Positions 51,589 to 62,386 of a stretch of 64,000 nt of DNA are shown here, piece after piece (the stretch's first letter is position 1; each line of letters starts with the position of its first letter). This stretch comes from Chitinophagales bacterium (GTDB lineage Bacteria > Bacteroidota > Bacteroidia > Chitinophagales > JADIYW01). The notes beneath the pieces were generated by a model, which worked only from the letters and a program-made list of their open reading frames with translations, searched no databases and was not told the DNA's origin. The DNA is taken from NCBI GenBank assembly GCA_044227665.1, contig JBGAWK010000009.1:2592-66591 (forward strand). Reading direction: 5' to 3'. The translations under genes were made by a program, and so were the position numbers.

Positions 51589-52632
51589 ATGAAAAAGTCC
51601 ATAGCCATCCTCGTACTAGTTGCATCGCTGGTAATCAGTTGCAAGAACAAAAAACAAGACAAAGAGGCTGAAGCAAGAGTGAAAGCTCTCGACGAAAAGA
51701 TAGCTTTGAATGCACAGATGTTCACACAATTAGGAGCTGCCGACACCTCCACATTAAATCCCACTTCTGATACAAAAGTTAAGCTAGGTCACATACTATA
51801 TTTTGAGACTAAATTATCCAAGGTAGGCAACAATAGCTGTAACTCCTGCCACAACCTAAGTACTTTTGGCGTAGACAATGCCTCATTCTCCAAAGGCGAC
51901 AATGGTGGGCTAGGGGGCAGAAACTCTCCTACCGTATTTAATGCTGCTCTTCACGGAATGCAGTTCTGGGATGGTAGAGCCCAGACTATCGAAGACCAAG
52001 CTGGTGGTCCTGTATTGAATCCAGCAGAAATGGCCATGGCTTCTGAAGATGAAGTAGTAAAAAGACTACAGTCCAATGATACTTATCAAAAATTATTCAA
52101 AGAAGCCTTCCCTAACGATGCCAATCCCGTAACATTTGCCAATATGCGTATGGCTATAGGTGCCTTTGAAAGAAAATTGACCACACCATCAAGATTTGAT
52201 GCCTACTTAGGCGGCGACAAAACCATACTCACAGAACAAGAGAAAAGAGGATGGGTGACATTTGTAGAAACAGGCTGTACTTCATGTCATAGTGGAGCAT
52301 TATTAGGAGGTACAATGTTTCAAAAATTTGGTGTTTTTGGTGATTATTGGCCAGTAACAAAATCTGCTAAAGTGGACAACGGCAGATTTGATGTTACAAA
52401 AAATGAAGCCGATAAGTATATGTTCAAAGTACCTAGCCTGCGCAACGTAGAAAAAACATGGCCTTACTTCCACGACGGTAGTGTAAAAGATCTCAACGAG
52501 GCTATAAAAATCATGGCAAAACTACAGTTAAATAAGGATCTTACAGATGACCAAGTTGCAGATATCACTGCATTTTTGAAGACGCTTACAGCAGATATCC
52601 CTGAAGAGTATAAGACAGCTCCAAAGATGTAA
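51589..52632 (+). CDS. di-haem cytochrome c peroxidase (CCP/MauG family)
   Basis: 347 aa with a lipoprotein signal (VISC), two CxxCH sites (CNSCH, CTSCH), GRNSPTVFNA and FWDGRA. Confidence 0.9.
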   Translation: MKKSIAILVLVASLVISCKNKKQDKEAEARVKALDEKIALNAQMFTQLGAADTSTLNPTSDTKVKLGHILYFETKLSKVGNNSCNSCHNLSTFGVDNASFSKGDNGGLGGRNSPTVFNAALHGMQFWDGRAQTIEDQAGGPVLNPAEMAMASEDEVVKRLQSNDTYQKLFKEAFPNDANPVTFANMRMAIGAFERKLTTPSRFDAYLGGDKTILTEQEKRGWVTFVETGCTSCHSGALLGGTMFQKFGVFGDYWPVTKSAKVDNGRFDVTKNEADKYMFKVPSLRNVEKTWPYFHDGSVKDLNEAIKIMAKLQLNKDLTDDQVADITAFLKTLTADIPEEYKTAPKM

Positions 52633-52657
52633 ATTGTAGATTCTAGTATTTCTCACA

Positions 52658-52688
52658 AAGAAGGCTGTCAAAATTGACAGCCTTCTTT
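52658..52688. terminator. bidirectional intrinsic terminator between ccp and ruvB
   Basis: AAGAAGGCTGTCA-aaat-TGACAGCCTTCTT is a 13-bp perfect stem that overlaps the ruvB stop codon. Confidence 0.7.
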
Positions 52689-53712
52689 ATATATCTGAAA
52701 ATAAGTCCCCTGCTCTGCCGGGCATGGTCTTTCCTAAATGTTTGTATGCTTTTTCTGTAGCCTCTCTACCCCTTGGTGTTCTTTTGATATAACCCTCCTG
52801 AATCAGAAAAGGTTCATAAACCTCTTCTATGCTTCCTGCCTCTTCACCTACGGCAGTAGCAATAGTGGTAATCCCCACAGGCCCGCCGCCAAATTTTTCG
52901 ATGATGGCAAAAAGTATTTGATTGTCCATCTCATCCAGCCCATGTTCGTCTATATTTAGTGCTTTGAGACTATACTGTGCCATCTCTAGATTTATAGTAC
53001 CATCTCCTTTTATCTGTGCAAAATCTCTTACACGTCGCAACAAGGCATTAGCAATACGGGGTGTTCCCCTGCTGCGTTTTGCTATCTCTAGCGCACCCTT
53101 ATTATCTATAGGCGTTTTAAGAATGGCGGCAGAACGTAGTATTATTTTTTTCAGTACTTCAGTAGTATAATATTCTAGTCTGAATGTGATGCCAAAACGC
53201 GAACGCATGGGAGCTGTCAGCAGTCCACTCCGAGTAGTAGCACCCACCAAGGTGAAAGGATTAAGCGTAATCTGAATACTTCTTGCATTAGGCCCGCTAT
53301 CCAGCATAATGTCTATGCGGTAGTCTTCCATGGCACTGTAGAGATATTCTTCCACAGTAGTATTGAGGCGATGTATCTCGTCAATAAACAAAACATCATT
53401 AGGCTGCAAATTAGTAAGCAATCCGGCTAAGTCCCCGGGCTTCTCCAACACCGGACCCGATGTAACTTTCATTTCCACATCCAATTCATTGGCGATGATA
53501 TGGGAAAGTGTAGTCTTCCCTAGTCCGGGAGGTCCGTGAAGAAGCACATGATCCAAGGATTCCCCTCTCAATTTTGCAGCACTTATAAAAATATGCATAT
53601 TTTCGATGATTTGGGGTTGTCCAGCAAACTGTTCCAACATCTGGGGACGGAGGGCACGCTCTATCTCCCTATCTGTATTAGACAACATCTCCCCTTCCGC
53701 ATCTATATTCAT
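52687..53712 (-). CDS. ruvB: Holliday junction branch migration DNA helicase RuvB
   Basis: [50 protein letters not shown] and [16 protein letters not shown]. Trimmed to ATG 53712. Confidence 0.95.
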   Translation of the reverse strand: MNIDAEGEMLSNTDREIERALRPQMLEQFAGQPQIIENMHIFISAAKLRGESLDHVLLHGPPGLGKTTLSHIIANELDVEMKVTSGPVLEKPGDLAGLLTNLQPNDVLFIDEIHRLNTTVEEYLYSAMEDYRIDIMLDSGPNARSIQITLNPFTLVGATTRSGLLTAPMRSRFGITFRLEYYTTEVLKKIILRSAAILKTPIDNKGALEIAKRSRGTPRIANALLRRVRDFAQIKGDGTINLEMAQYSLKALNIDEHGLDEMDNQILFAIIEKFGGGPVGITTIATAVGEEAGSIEEVYEPFLIQEGYIKRTPRGREATEKAYKHLGKTMPGRAGDLFSDI

Positions 53713-53866
53713 ATTTTGGCGCACCTGCCAAAAATAGCACTTTTTTCGGCATACAACACCCCCATATTCAAATAGTAAGCACATAGCTATAACCACCCCT
53801 TTATCCACAAAAAATTCTCATAAGGAATTATTAATATTTCCAATTTGTGATATATCAAAAAAATTA

Positions 53867-53874
53867 TATCTTTG
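53867..53874 (+). promoter_or_regulatory. -7 promoter box TAnnTTTG for the yceD-rpmF operon
   Basis: TATCTTTG, 19 nt before ATG 53893. Confidence 0.45.
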
Positions 53875-53892
53875 CACTCCTAAAATTAGGGT

Positions 53893-54432
53893 ATGAGCAG
53901 TGATAAAAATATTTTTGCCATTGCCTATATCGGGCTGAAAAAAGAAGTTCATCATTTTGAATATCAATTAGATGCCTCGTTCTTTACTAATGTAGAAAAA
54001 TTGGGCATTCAAAGTGCCGACATACATATTGCGGTATCCTTAGATAAAAGGATAGAACCTTATGTAATAGATGTTCTCATTAATGGAAGTATTACTACAG
54101 AGTGTGATAAATGCGCATCATCGGTAGATATACCTGTTATTGGCAACCACACTTTGTATGTGAAATTTTCGGGGGTAGACTCTGACGAAACATCTATAGA
54201 TGATGATATACTAGTCTTACATAGAGAGGAATCCGAAATAGACTTGTACCCTTTTCTACATGACTATGTATATCTAAGCTTACCGATAAGTAAGGTATGT
54301 GAAGATCCGGGAAATACCCAATACTGCGATAAAGAAGTAGTACGTATTCTCGAACAAATGAAAAACAACAATGTGCCAGAGCAAAAAAACAACCTCTGGC
54401 AATCATTAGAGAAACTAAAAAATATTAAATAA
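53893..54432 (+). CDS. YceD/DUF177 family protein (23S rRNA accumulation protein)
   Basis: 179 aa with the conserved position upstream of rpmF, plus CDKC and CxxxxxxxxC motifs. Confidence 0.75.
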   Translation: MSSDKNIFAIAYIGLKKEVHHFEYQLDASFFTNVEKLGIQSADIHIAVSLDKRIEPYVIDVLINGSITTECDKCASSVDIPVIGNHTLYVKFSGVDSDETSIDDDILVLHREESEIDLYPFLHDYVYLSLPISKVCEDPGNTQYCDKEVVRILEQMKNNNVPEQKNNLWQSLEKLKNIK

Positions 54433-54438
54433 TTTAAT

Positions 54439-54648
54439 ATGGCACATCCTAAAAGAAGACATTCTACCACAAGGAGAGACAAAAGAAGAACACACTATAA
54501 AATGTCTGCTCCAAATGTAGTTACATGTAAAGCTACAGGCGAACAACACCTCATGCATCATACGTATGAAGTGGAAGGCAATGTTTATTACAGAGGTAAA
54601 TTATTTATCGCTGCTCCACAACAAGAAGAAGCTGAAAGCGAAGCTTAA
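54439..54648 (+). CDS. rpmF: 50S ribosomal protein L32
   Basis: MAHPKRRHSTTRRDKRRTHYK N-terminus, 69 aa. Confidence 0.9.
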   Translation: MAHPKRRHSTTRRDKRRTHYKMSAPNVVTCKATGEQHLMHHTYEVEGNVYYRGKLFIAAPQQEEAESEA

Positions 54649-54670
54649 AAAACTTCTTAACATATTGTAA

Positions 54671-54700
54671 AATCATCCTGCCTATACAGGATGATTTATT
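54671..54700 (+). terminator. intrinsic terminator after rpmF
   Basis: AATCATCCTG-cctata-CAGGATGATT followed by TATTATTTTT. Confidence 0.75.
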
Positions 54701-54734
54701 ATTTTTATATAACACTAATTTTAAATACTCAATT

Positions 54735-55289
54735 ATGGCAGATATGAGAAATGGGATGTGTATCAAATTCAATAATGATATATATTCAATAGTAGAATTT
54801 TTACATGTAAAGCCTGGCAAAGGTGCTGCTTTTATACGTACAAAATTAAAAAGCGTTACCACAGGAAAAGTTATTGACAACACCTTTCCAGTCACAGCAA
54901 AAATTGAAGAAGTGCGCGTAGAACGTCGTCCTTATCAATATCTTTATACGGAAGGAGAATATTTCATTTTCATGAACAATGACACTTTCGAACAGACAGA
55001 GATTCCCACAAAACTTATAGAGAATGCAGACCTGCTTATGGAAGGCATGAATTGCGATGTACTCATACATGCCGAGACAGAACAGCCCCTAGTTGTAAAT
55101 ATGCCTACATCAGTAGTTATGCAAATTACCTATTCTGAACCTGGAGTACGGGGAGATACCGCTACTAACGCTATGAAACCTGCCATCGTAGAGTCTGGTG
55201 CACGCATCATGGTACCACTGTTTGTAAACGAAGGAGATAAAATTAAAATAAATACCACCGATAGGTCGTATATTGAGCGAGTAAAATAG
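54735..55289 (+). CDS. efp: elongation factor P
   Basis: 184 aa with IVEFLHVKPGKGAAFIRTKLK and the three-domain EF-P layout. Confidence 0.95.
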   Translation: MADMRNGMCIKFNNDIYSIVEFLHVKPGKGAAFIRTKLKSVTTGKVIDNTFPVTAKIEEVRVERRPYQYLYTEGEYFIFMNNDTFEQTEIPTKLIENADLLMEGMNCDVLIHAETEQPLVVNMPTSVVMQITYSEPGVRGDTATNAMKPAIVESGARIMVPLFVNEGDKIKINTTDRSYIERVK

Positions 55290-55294
55290 TCTCC

Positions 55295-55792
55295 ATGTAT
55301 AGCTTAGAAGAACTAAAAACACTCATTGACCTCATTGAAAAATCCAATGTAGGCGAATTATTCATTGAAAATGAGTCTTTTACAGTACGAATAAGAACAA
55401 AAGACTATATATCCAAAAGCATAGTTTCACCACAGTTACAGACGACTTCGACACCTGCAACGACAGCAAGTGTAGCCCCTGTACAGAAACATGAAGAGCT
55501 TGCAGAAAAACCTGCTCCCGCCACTACGCCTGCTCCCGCGCCAAGCTCCGAAGATTATATAGAAATAAAGTCTCCTATGATAGGCACTTTTTACAGGTCT
55601 TCATCTCCCGACAGTCCCCCCTTTGTAAAGGTAGGCGACAAAATCAAGAAAGGCGATGTTCTAGGGATGATAGAAGCCATGAAGTTGTTCAACGAAATTC
55701 ATTCAGACTATGATGGCACAGTAGTACGTGTTATAGCCGACAATGCCACCCCTGTAGAGTACGATCAGGTATTGTTATGGATACAACAATAG
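55295..55792 (+). CDS. accB: acetyl-CoA carboxylase biotin carboxyl carrier protein
   Basis: 165 aa with a Pro/Ala-rich linker and the biotinylation motif [10 protein letters not shown]. Confidence 0.9.
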   Translation: MYSLEELKTLIDLIEKSNVGELFIENESFTVRIRTKDYISKSIVSPQLQTTSTPATTASVAPVQKHEELAEKPAPATTPAPAPSSEDYIEIKSPMIGTFYRSSSPDSPPFVKVGDKIKKGDVLGMIEAMKLFNEIHSDYDGTVVRVIADNATPVEYDQVLLWIQQ

Positions 55793-57225
55793 GCATGGAA
55801 GATTTTACTTTAGAACTACCTAAAAAAATTATTGACGAAAGTAAGCAAGGTGTTGCACTTACTTTAGAAGCAGATAGCCAACCCATTGGTGATAAGAAAT
55901 TTTACATCGAAAGTTATGGTTGCCAAATGAACTTTAGCGATAGTGAAATTGTAGCTTCTATACTTAACCAAAATGGCTATTCCATCACTCGTGATTTCTT
56001 TGAAGCCGACCTTATCCTCATCAACACCTGCTCTATACGAGAGAAAGCAGAACAAACCGTAAGAAAAAGGCTTACAGAATTTAATGCAGTAAAAAATCGC
56101 AAGCCCGAACTCCTCATTGGCGTCCTAGGTTGCATGGCAGAACGTCTGAAGAAAAAATTTCTGGAAGAAGAAAAAATTGTAGATATAGTAGTAGGTCCTG
56201 ATGCCTACCGCTCATTACCCATGCTGTTGGTAGAAGCGGAGGCAGGACAGAAAGGCGTAAATGTCATTCTTTCTCGTGAAGAAACGTATGCCGACATCAG
56301 TCCCGTACGCCTCGACAAAAATGGCATCACAGCCTTCGTGTCTATCATGCGTGGTTGTGACAATATGTGTTCTTTCTGTGTAGTGCCATTCACTCGAGGA
56401 AGAGAACGCAGCCGCAATCCAGAAAGTATTGTTCAGGAATGTATTGCACTATTGGAGAAAGGATATAAGGAAGTAACTCTTTTGGGGCAGAATGTAGATA
56501 GTTATAAGTGGATACCTGATGGTAGCGATGAGATAAAATTAAATTTCGCTGGATTATTGGCAAAAGTTGCAGCTATTTCACCCATACTTAGAGTAAGATT
56601 TTCTACATCCCACCCCAAAGATATCACGGATGAAGTGCTATATACAATGGCCAAACATGATAATATTTGCAAGTATATACACTTGCCAGTACAGTCGGGC
56701 AGCAGTGCCGTATTAGACCGCATGAATCGCACTTATGATAGAGAGCAGTATTTGGATAGAGTAAATGCCATCAAGCGTATCCTGCCTGGTTGTGGTATTT
56801 CGAGCGATATCATTGCAGGATTCTGTGGAGAGACAGATCAAGATCACAAAGATACTTTATCCATTATGGACATAGTGCGTTATGATATGTCTTATATGTT
56901 CTATTACTCCGAGCGCCCTGGTACTTTGGCGCAGCGCAAATATGTAGATGATATACCCGAAAATATCAAAAAACAAAGATTGCAAGAAATCATAGAAAAG
57001 CAGACAGCACATTCTTTGGAAAACAACAAACAAGATATAGGTAAAACTTTTGAAGTACTTATAGAAAAAATTTCACGTCGTTCCTCAGCAGAATTTGGAG
57101 GTAGAACATCCCAAAATAAAATGGTAATATTCCCTTGTAAGAACGCTAAGATTGGTGACTATGTAATAGTGAAAATACATGATGCTACTTCTGCAACCCT
57201 ATTAGGCAATATTATCGAAGACTAA
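55777..57225 (+). CDS. miaB: tRNA-i6A37 methylthiotransferase MiaB
   Basis: [11 protein letters not shown] (UPF0004), radical-SAM [11 protein letters not shown] and a C-terminal TRAM domain. The start is either ATG 55777 (16-nt overlap with accB) or ATG 55795. Confidence 0.9.
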   Translation: MDTTIGMEDFTLELPKKIIDESKQGVALTLEADSQPIGDKKFYIESYGCQMNFSDSEIVASILNQNGYSITRDFFEADLILINTCSIREKAEQTVRKRLTEFNAVKNRKPELLIGVLGCMAERLKKKFLEEEKIVDIVVGPDAYRSLPMLLVEAEAGQKGVNVILSREETYADISPVRLDKNGITAFVSIMRGCDNMCSFCVVPFTRGRERSRNPESIVQECIALLEKGYKEVTLLGQNVDSYKWIPDGSDEIKLNFAGLLAKVAAISPILRVRFSTSHPKDITDEVLYTMAKHDNICKYIHLPVQSGSSAVLDRMNRTYDREQYLDRVNAIKRILPGCGISSDIIAGFCGETDQDHKDTLSIMDIVRYDMSYMFYYSERPGTLAQRKYVDDIPENIKKQRLQEIIEKQTAHSLENNKQDIGKTFEVLIEKISRRSSAEFGGRTSQNKMVIFPCKNAKIGDYVIVKIHDATSATLLGNIIED

Positions 57226-57300
57226 TTTATTCTTACTTTTCTTTAAAATACTATGCATTCTGCTAAACATTAGTAAGCAGTTTTTCGCTATTTTTACAAT

Positions 57301-60300
57301 ATGCAAGAGCAAATTCCAATAACGCTAAAGAATAAGATAAGAGTAGTAACAGCAGCTTCACTATTCGATGGACATGACGCAGCTATCAACATCATGCGCC
57401 GGATAATTCAGGCAAGTGGAGCAGAAGTTATTCATTTGGGTCACAATAGAAGTGTAGAAGAAATTGTAAACTGTGCCATTCAAGAAGATGCACAATGCAT
57501 CGCATTTACATCTTACCAAGGTGGACATGTGGAGTTTCTCAAATATATGTATGATTTACTGAGAGAAAAAAATAGCCCTCAAATAAAAATATGTGGTGGC
57601 GGCGGCGGAACAATACTACCCTCAGAAATCGAAGAACTTCACCACTATGGGATAGACAAAATTTACACCCCTGATGATGGCAGAGCCTTGGGCTTACAAG
57701 GAATGATCAACGATTTATTGCAACGCAGTGATTATCCTACAGGAGAAAATATTTTATTAGACCTAAATAAGTTGCAATATAAAGACATGCAACATATAGC
57801 CGCATTAATATCCTCGGCAGAAAATAAAACAGACAGTTTTACGACGATACGCACCACCCTAGAAGGGTCGCTGCCGGCAAAAGTCACCCCCATACTCGGC
57901 ATTACTGGCACGGGCGGAGCAGGCAAGTCATCCCTTACAGATGAACTCTGTCGAAGATACTTGCTAGATTACCCCGACAATACCCTAGCCATAATTTCTG
58001 TAGATCCCAGTAGAAGAAAAACCGGTGGCGCATTATTGGGCGACAGAATTCGCATGAATAGTATTCACAATCCTAGAGTTTTTATGCGATCCATGGCAAC
58101 ACGTACTGCAAATGCAAGCATTTCCAAAGCCATAAAAGATGCCATACTTATCCTCAAAGCAGCAGGGTATGACATGATAATCATAGAAACTTCAGGAATA
58201 GGACAGTCTGGATCTGAAATAGTGGACATTGCCGACCTATTTCTCTATGTCATGACTCCTGAATATGGAGCTGCCACTCAATTAGAGAAAATTGACATGT
58301 TAGATTATGCAAATATTATTGCCATAAACAAATTTGACAAACGCGGTGCTGCCGACGCATTGAGAGAAGTACGCAAGCAATACCAACGCAATCACAATCT
58401 ATGGCATGAAGATGTGAACACTATGCCAGTGTACGGAACAATGGCATCACAATTCAATGATGGCGGCACAAACGTGCTATACAAAAAAATCATGGCACTT
58501 ATCAATACGAAATTTGACTTGTCGTGGGACGCTAGGCTACATCTGCACATTCAAGACTCTGAGAAAATATTTATTATCCCACCTGAAAGAGTGAGATACC
58601 TCTCAGAAATTGTAAAAAACAATAAAGACTATGACGTAAACACAGAAGAACAGGCTGCTTTAGTAAATCAATGGCAGGCATTGGAAACTGCAAACCATAT
58701 CATCACTGAAAAACAAGCCCAAAACTCTATATCCCAAGCCATAGACTCACTTAAAATACAGATATCCCCAGAAAGCATCTCAATTTTGGAGCAGTGGAAA
58801 CAGAAGAACAACGCTTATAATAAGGACAACTTTTCCTATAGAGTAAGAGAGAAAGAGATATTGATAAAGACACACACGGACAGTCTTTCTCATAGCAAAA
58901 TTCCAAAGGTTGCCCTACCTAAATACTATGCTTGGGGCGACATCTTGCGATGGAACAAGCAAGAGAGTGTTCCCGGGGAATTTCCTTATACGGCTGGAGT
59001 GTTCCCCTTCAAGCGCGAAGGGGAAGATCCCACTAGAATGTTTGCCGGCGAAGGAGGTCCAGAGCGAACCAATAAGCGATTCCATTACGTATCTCTGGGT
59101 ATGCCTGCAAAGCGGCTATCTACTGCATTCGATAGTGTTACACTATATGGCAATGACCCTGCCCTAAGACCTGACATCTATGGGAAAATTGGAAATTCTG
59201 GCGTATCTATATCCACTCTTGATGATGCGAAAAAATTGTATTCTGGCTTCGATTTGTGTCATCCCGCTACCTCTGTATCAATGACTATCAATGGGCCTGC
59301 ACCTACAATATGTGCCTTTTTTATGCATGTCGCCATAGACCAGCAATGTGAAAAATATATCCAAGAACATGGACTTACAGGGCAAGTTAAAGATAAAATT
59401 GCCGCCCTATATGCCGCCAAGAAGATGTTGCCACCCTCCTACTACGGAGAACTTCCCGAAGGAAACGATGGCCTAGGACTCATGCTCTTAGGCATCACAG
59501 GCGATCAAGTACTAGAAAAATCTGTATATGACAAGATTAAGCACTACGCACTATCCCAAGTAAGAGGTACCGTACAAGCGGACATATTCAAAGAAGACCA
59601 AGCACAAAATACATGCATATTTTCTACAGAATTTTCACTCAAACTTCAAGGTGACATGCAGGAATATTTTATTAAAAATCAAATAAAAAACTTTTACTCC
59701 GTCTCCATATCTGGCTATCACATGGCAGAAGCTGGAGCCAATCCTATTACGCAGCTAGCATTTACCCTCGCCAATGGATTTTCCTTTATCGAGTATTATC
59801 TAAGCAGAGGTATGCATATAGACGATTTTGCCCCTAATTTTTCATTTTTCTTTTCCAATGGCATAGACCCTGAATATGCCGTCATAGGAAGAGTCGCAAG
59901 AAGAATTTGGGCTAAAGCCCTCAAATTCTTTTATAAAGGGAATGACAGAAGTCAAAAATTGAAGTATCACATCCAGACTTCAGGACGTAGCCTACATGCA
60001 CAAGAGATAGATTTTAATGATATAAGGACTACCCTACAAGCACTATATGCTATCTATGACAATTGCAACTCCCTCCATACCAATGCTTATGATGAAGCCA
60101 TCACTACCCCCACAGAAGAAAGTGTACGCCGTGCTATGGCAATACAGCTTATTATCAACAAAGAATTAGGATTAGCTAAAAATGAAAACCCACTACAAGG
60201 CTCCTTCATTATTGAAGAGCTCACATACTTAGTAGAAGAAGCCGTATATGCCGAATTTGATAGACTTACAGAACGTGGCGGCGTATTGGGCGCAATGGAA

Positions 60301-60663
60301 ACCATGTACCAGCGCAGTAAGATTCAGGAAGAAAGTATGTATTACGAAACACTAAAACATACAGGAGAATATCCTATCATAGGCGTAAATACTTTCTTAT
60401 CTTCAAAAGGCTCTCCTACTATCATGCCACAGGAAGTGATAAGAAGCACAGAATCTGAAAAACTACGACAGATAGATAATCTAGCAGCATTACACAATCG
60501 CAACAAAGATACCGCCGATACTAGCATCAAGGCGTTACAAGAAGCGGCCATACACAACAAGAATATGTTTGAAGCACTGATGGAAGCTGTAAAATATTGC
60601 AGCTTAGGACAAATTACCAATGCTCTATTTGAAGTAGGCGGACAATATCGTCGCAATATGTAA
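57301..60663 (+). CDS. icmF: fused isobutyryl-CoA mutase (IcmF: B12-binding domain + MeaB-like GTPase + mutase barrel)
   Basis: 1120 aa. The N-terminus has [10 protein letters not shown] (DxHxxG B12 motif). A P-loop [17 protein letters not shown] with NKFD follows, then a C-terminal methylmalonyl-CoA-mutase-like substrate domain. Confidence 0.88.
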   Translation: MQEQIPITLKNKIRVVTAASLFDGHDAAINIMRRIIQASGAEVIHLGHNRSVEEIVNCAIQEDAQCIAFTSYQGGHVEFLKYMYDLLREKNSPQIKICGGGGGTILPSEIEELHHYGIDKIYTPDDGRALGLQGMINDLLQRSDYPTGENILLDLNKLQYKDMQHIAALISSAENKTDSFTTIRTTLEGSLPAKVTPILGITGTGGAGKSSLTDELCRRYLLDYPDNTLAIISVDPSRRKTGGALLGDRIRMNSIHNPRVFMRSMATRTANASISKAIKDAILILKAAGYDMIIIETSGIGQSGSEIVDIADLFLYVMTPEYGAATQLEKIDMLDYANIIAINKFDKRGAADALREVRKQYQRNHNLWHEDVNTMPVYGTMASQFNDGGTNVLYKKIMALINTKFDLSWDARLHLHIQDSEKIFIIPPERVRYLSEIVKNNKDYDVNTEEQAALVNQWQALETANHIITEKQAQNSISQAIDSLKIQISPESISILEQWKQKNNAYNKDNFSYRVREKEILIKTHTDSLSHSKIPKVALPKYYAWGDILRWNKQESVPGEFPYTAGVFPFKREGEDPTRMFAGEGGPERTNKRFHYVSLGMPAKRLSTAFDSVTLYGNDPALRPDIYGKIGNSGVSISTLDDAKKLYSGFDLCHPATSVSMTINGPAPTICAFFMHVAIDQQCEKYIQEHGLTGQVKDKIAALYAAKKMLPPSYYGELPEGNDGLGLMLLGITGDQVLEKSVYDKIKHYALSQVRGTVQADIFKEDQAQNTCIFSTEFSLKLQGDMQEYFIKNQIKNFYSVSISGYHMAEAGANPITQLAFTLANGFSFIEYYLSRGMHIDDFAPNFSFFFSNGIDPEYAVIGRVARRIWAKALKFFYKGNDRSQKLKYHIQTSGRSLHAQEIDFNDIRTTLQALYAIYDNCNSLHTNAYDEAITTPTEESVRRAMAIQLIINKELGLAKNENPLQGSFIIEELTYLVEEAVYAEFDRLTERGGVLGAMETMYQRSKIQEESMYYETLKHTGEYPIIGVNTFLSSKGSPTIMPQEVIRSTESEKLRQIDNLAALHNRNKDTADTSIKALQEAAIHNKNMFEALMEAVKYCSLGQITNALFEVGGQYRRNM

Positions 60664-60682
60664 CTTATAATACTTTTACCCG

Positions 60683-61135
60683 ATGCGAGCAGTAATACAG
60701 AGAGTATATAGGTGTGAGTTGCTAATCAACGACACCTTATTCTCATCCATAGACAATGGACTGTTAATACTCTTAGGCATTACGCATGATGACGGCCCAG
60801 ATGATATAGATTACTTAGTAAAAAAAATCGTTCAGATGCGTATTTTCTCAGACAAGGACGGAAAGATGAATCTGAGTATCTTGGACACTCAGGCTCAGAT
60901 TATGGTAGTGAGCCAATTTACACTTTATGCCTCTACAAAAAAAGGCAACCGACCTGGATTTACACTGGCAGCAAAACCCGAAATTGCTATTCCTTTATAT
61001 GAAAATTTCATCTCACAGATAAAAGCATTTTCTGATTTAGAAGTAGTCACGGGCATATTCGGTGCAGATATGAAAATCTCTTTCACCAATGATGGTCCTG
61101 TAACAATAATCATAGACAGCAAGCATCCAGAATAG
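60683..61135 (+). CDS. dtd: D-aminoacyl-tRNA deacylase
   Basis: 150 aa with MRAVIQRV, VSQFTLYA and NDGPVT motifs. Confidence 0.95.
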   Translation: MRAVIQRVYRCELLINDTLFSSIDNGLLILLGITHDDGPDDIDYLVKKIVQMRIFSDKDGKMNLSILDTQAQIMVVSQFTLYASTKKGNRPGFTLAAKPEIAIPLYENFISQIKAFSDLEVVTGIFGADMKISFTNDGPVTIIIDSKHPE

Positions 61136-61369
61136 CAGACTCCCATTTTGTTATTTTTGTGAACTTTGCAAATTTTTTTATCATTTTTTTTTCACTAAAC
61201 ACACTCACAGGTGTGAATATTTTTTGACAATTCAGCATCAGCCAATATCCATTGGCTTTCCCCACATATACCAACATCCTGTTGAAAATTATATGAGAGA
61301 TTTTCTCAATACGTGAATTAGTTTTATAAACCGATTTGGGGAATTTAAAGGTTTTTAACACATATTGAA

Positions 61370-62365
61370 ATGGAAAAAGTCACTATAAGCAATGCAGTAA
61401 ATACAGAAAAAATTCTTCAACATACCGATGACAGATTTGTATTATTTCCTATCCAGTATCAAAAAATATGGGATATGTACAAATTGCACGTGAAGTCATT
61501 TTGGGTAGCAGAAGAGATAGACTTACAGCAAGATTTAAGTGACTGGAAAAAATTAAATGATAGTGAGCAACTTTTCATCAAACATGTATTGGCATTTTTT
61601 GCTGCAAGTGATGGCATTGTAAATGAAAATTTAGTAGTCAACTTCATGCAAGATGTAACCATCCCTGAAGCACGCTGCTTTTATGGATTCCAAGTAGCCA
61701 TGGAAAATATCCATGCAGAGACCTACTCCATACTAATAGATACTTATATCAAAGATAAAGACGAAAAGAATTCCCTCTTCAATGCCATACAGACCTTAGA
61801 ATGTGTGAAGCAGAAAGCACAGTGGGCATTACGATGGATAGAATCTGCTCCCTCCTTTGCACACAGGCTGGTTGCCTTTGCCGCAGTAGAGGGCATATTC
61901 TTCTCCGGAAGTTTCTGCGCCATATTTTGGCTCAACAAAAGAGGGCTCATGCCAGGTCTCTCACAGTCCAATCAGTTAATAAGTCGCGATGAAGGCTTGC
62001 ATTGTGATTTTGCTTGTTTGCTCTACTCTATGTTGGACAACAAGCTTTCTGACGAAGATATTCGCAGTATCATCTGTGATGCAGTAGAGGCAGAAAAATA
62101 CTTTGTCAAAGATGCATTGCCCGTAAATCTAATAGGCATGAATGCCGACCTTATGCAGCAATATATAGAATTTGTTGCGGATAGATTACTACTATCCTTA
62201 GGGCATGGCAAAGTATATAATGCCGAAAACCCATTCCCATGGATGGAGTCAATCTCCCTTACTGGGAAGACCAATTTCTTTGAGGGTAAAGCCACAGAAT
62301 ATGCGAATCCTCATGCCGGCAAAAGTTCGCATGAACAAACCTTTACCTTAGAAGCAGATTTTTAA
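61370..62365 (+). CDS. nrdB: class Ia ribonucleotide reductase small subunit (R2)
   Basis: 331 aa with di-iron/tyrosyl radical motifs [37 protein letters not shown] and [10 protein letters not shown]. It resembles eukaryotic R2. Confidence 0.95.
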   Translation: MEKVTISNAVNTEKILQHTDDRFVLFPIQYQKIWDMYKLHVKSFWVAEEIDLQQDLSDWKKLNDSEQLFIKHVLAFFAASDGIVNENLVVNFMQDVTIPEARCFYGFQVAMENIHAETYSILIDTYIKDKDEKNSLFNAIQTLECVKQKAQWALRWIESAPSFAHRLVAFAAVEGIFFSGSFCAIFWLNKRGLMPGLSQSNQLISRDEGLHCDFACLLYSMLDNKLSDEDIRSIICDAVEAEKYFVKDALPVNLIGMNADLMQQYIEFVADRLLLSLGHGKVYNAENPFPWMESISLTGKTNFFEGKATEYANPHAGKSSHEQTFTLEADF

Positions 62366-62386
62366 CTTATAATATTCAGATAAAAA

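Noticed and set aside
53713-53808. N-terminal 32-codon extension of ruvB ([17 protein letters not shown]...)
   Set aside because: It is not part of the RuvB family. ATG at 53712 gives a normal-length RuvB.
57226-57300. Cobalamin riboswitch upstream of B12-dependent icmF
   Set aside because: The gap is only 75 nt, with no B12-box-like sequence and only a weak imperfect inverted repeat.
61110-61361. 83-aa minus-strand ORF in the dtd-nrdB intergenic region
   Set aside because: It overlaps the dtd 3' end, has no recognisable motif, and lies in what looks like the nrdB leader or promoter. It is treated as non-coding.
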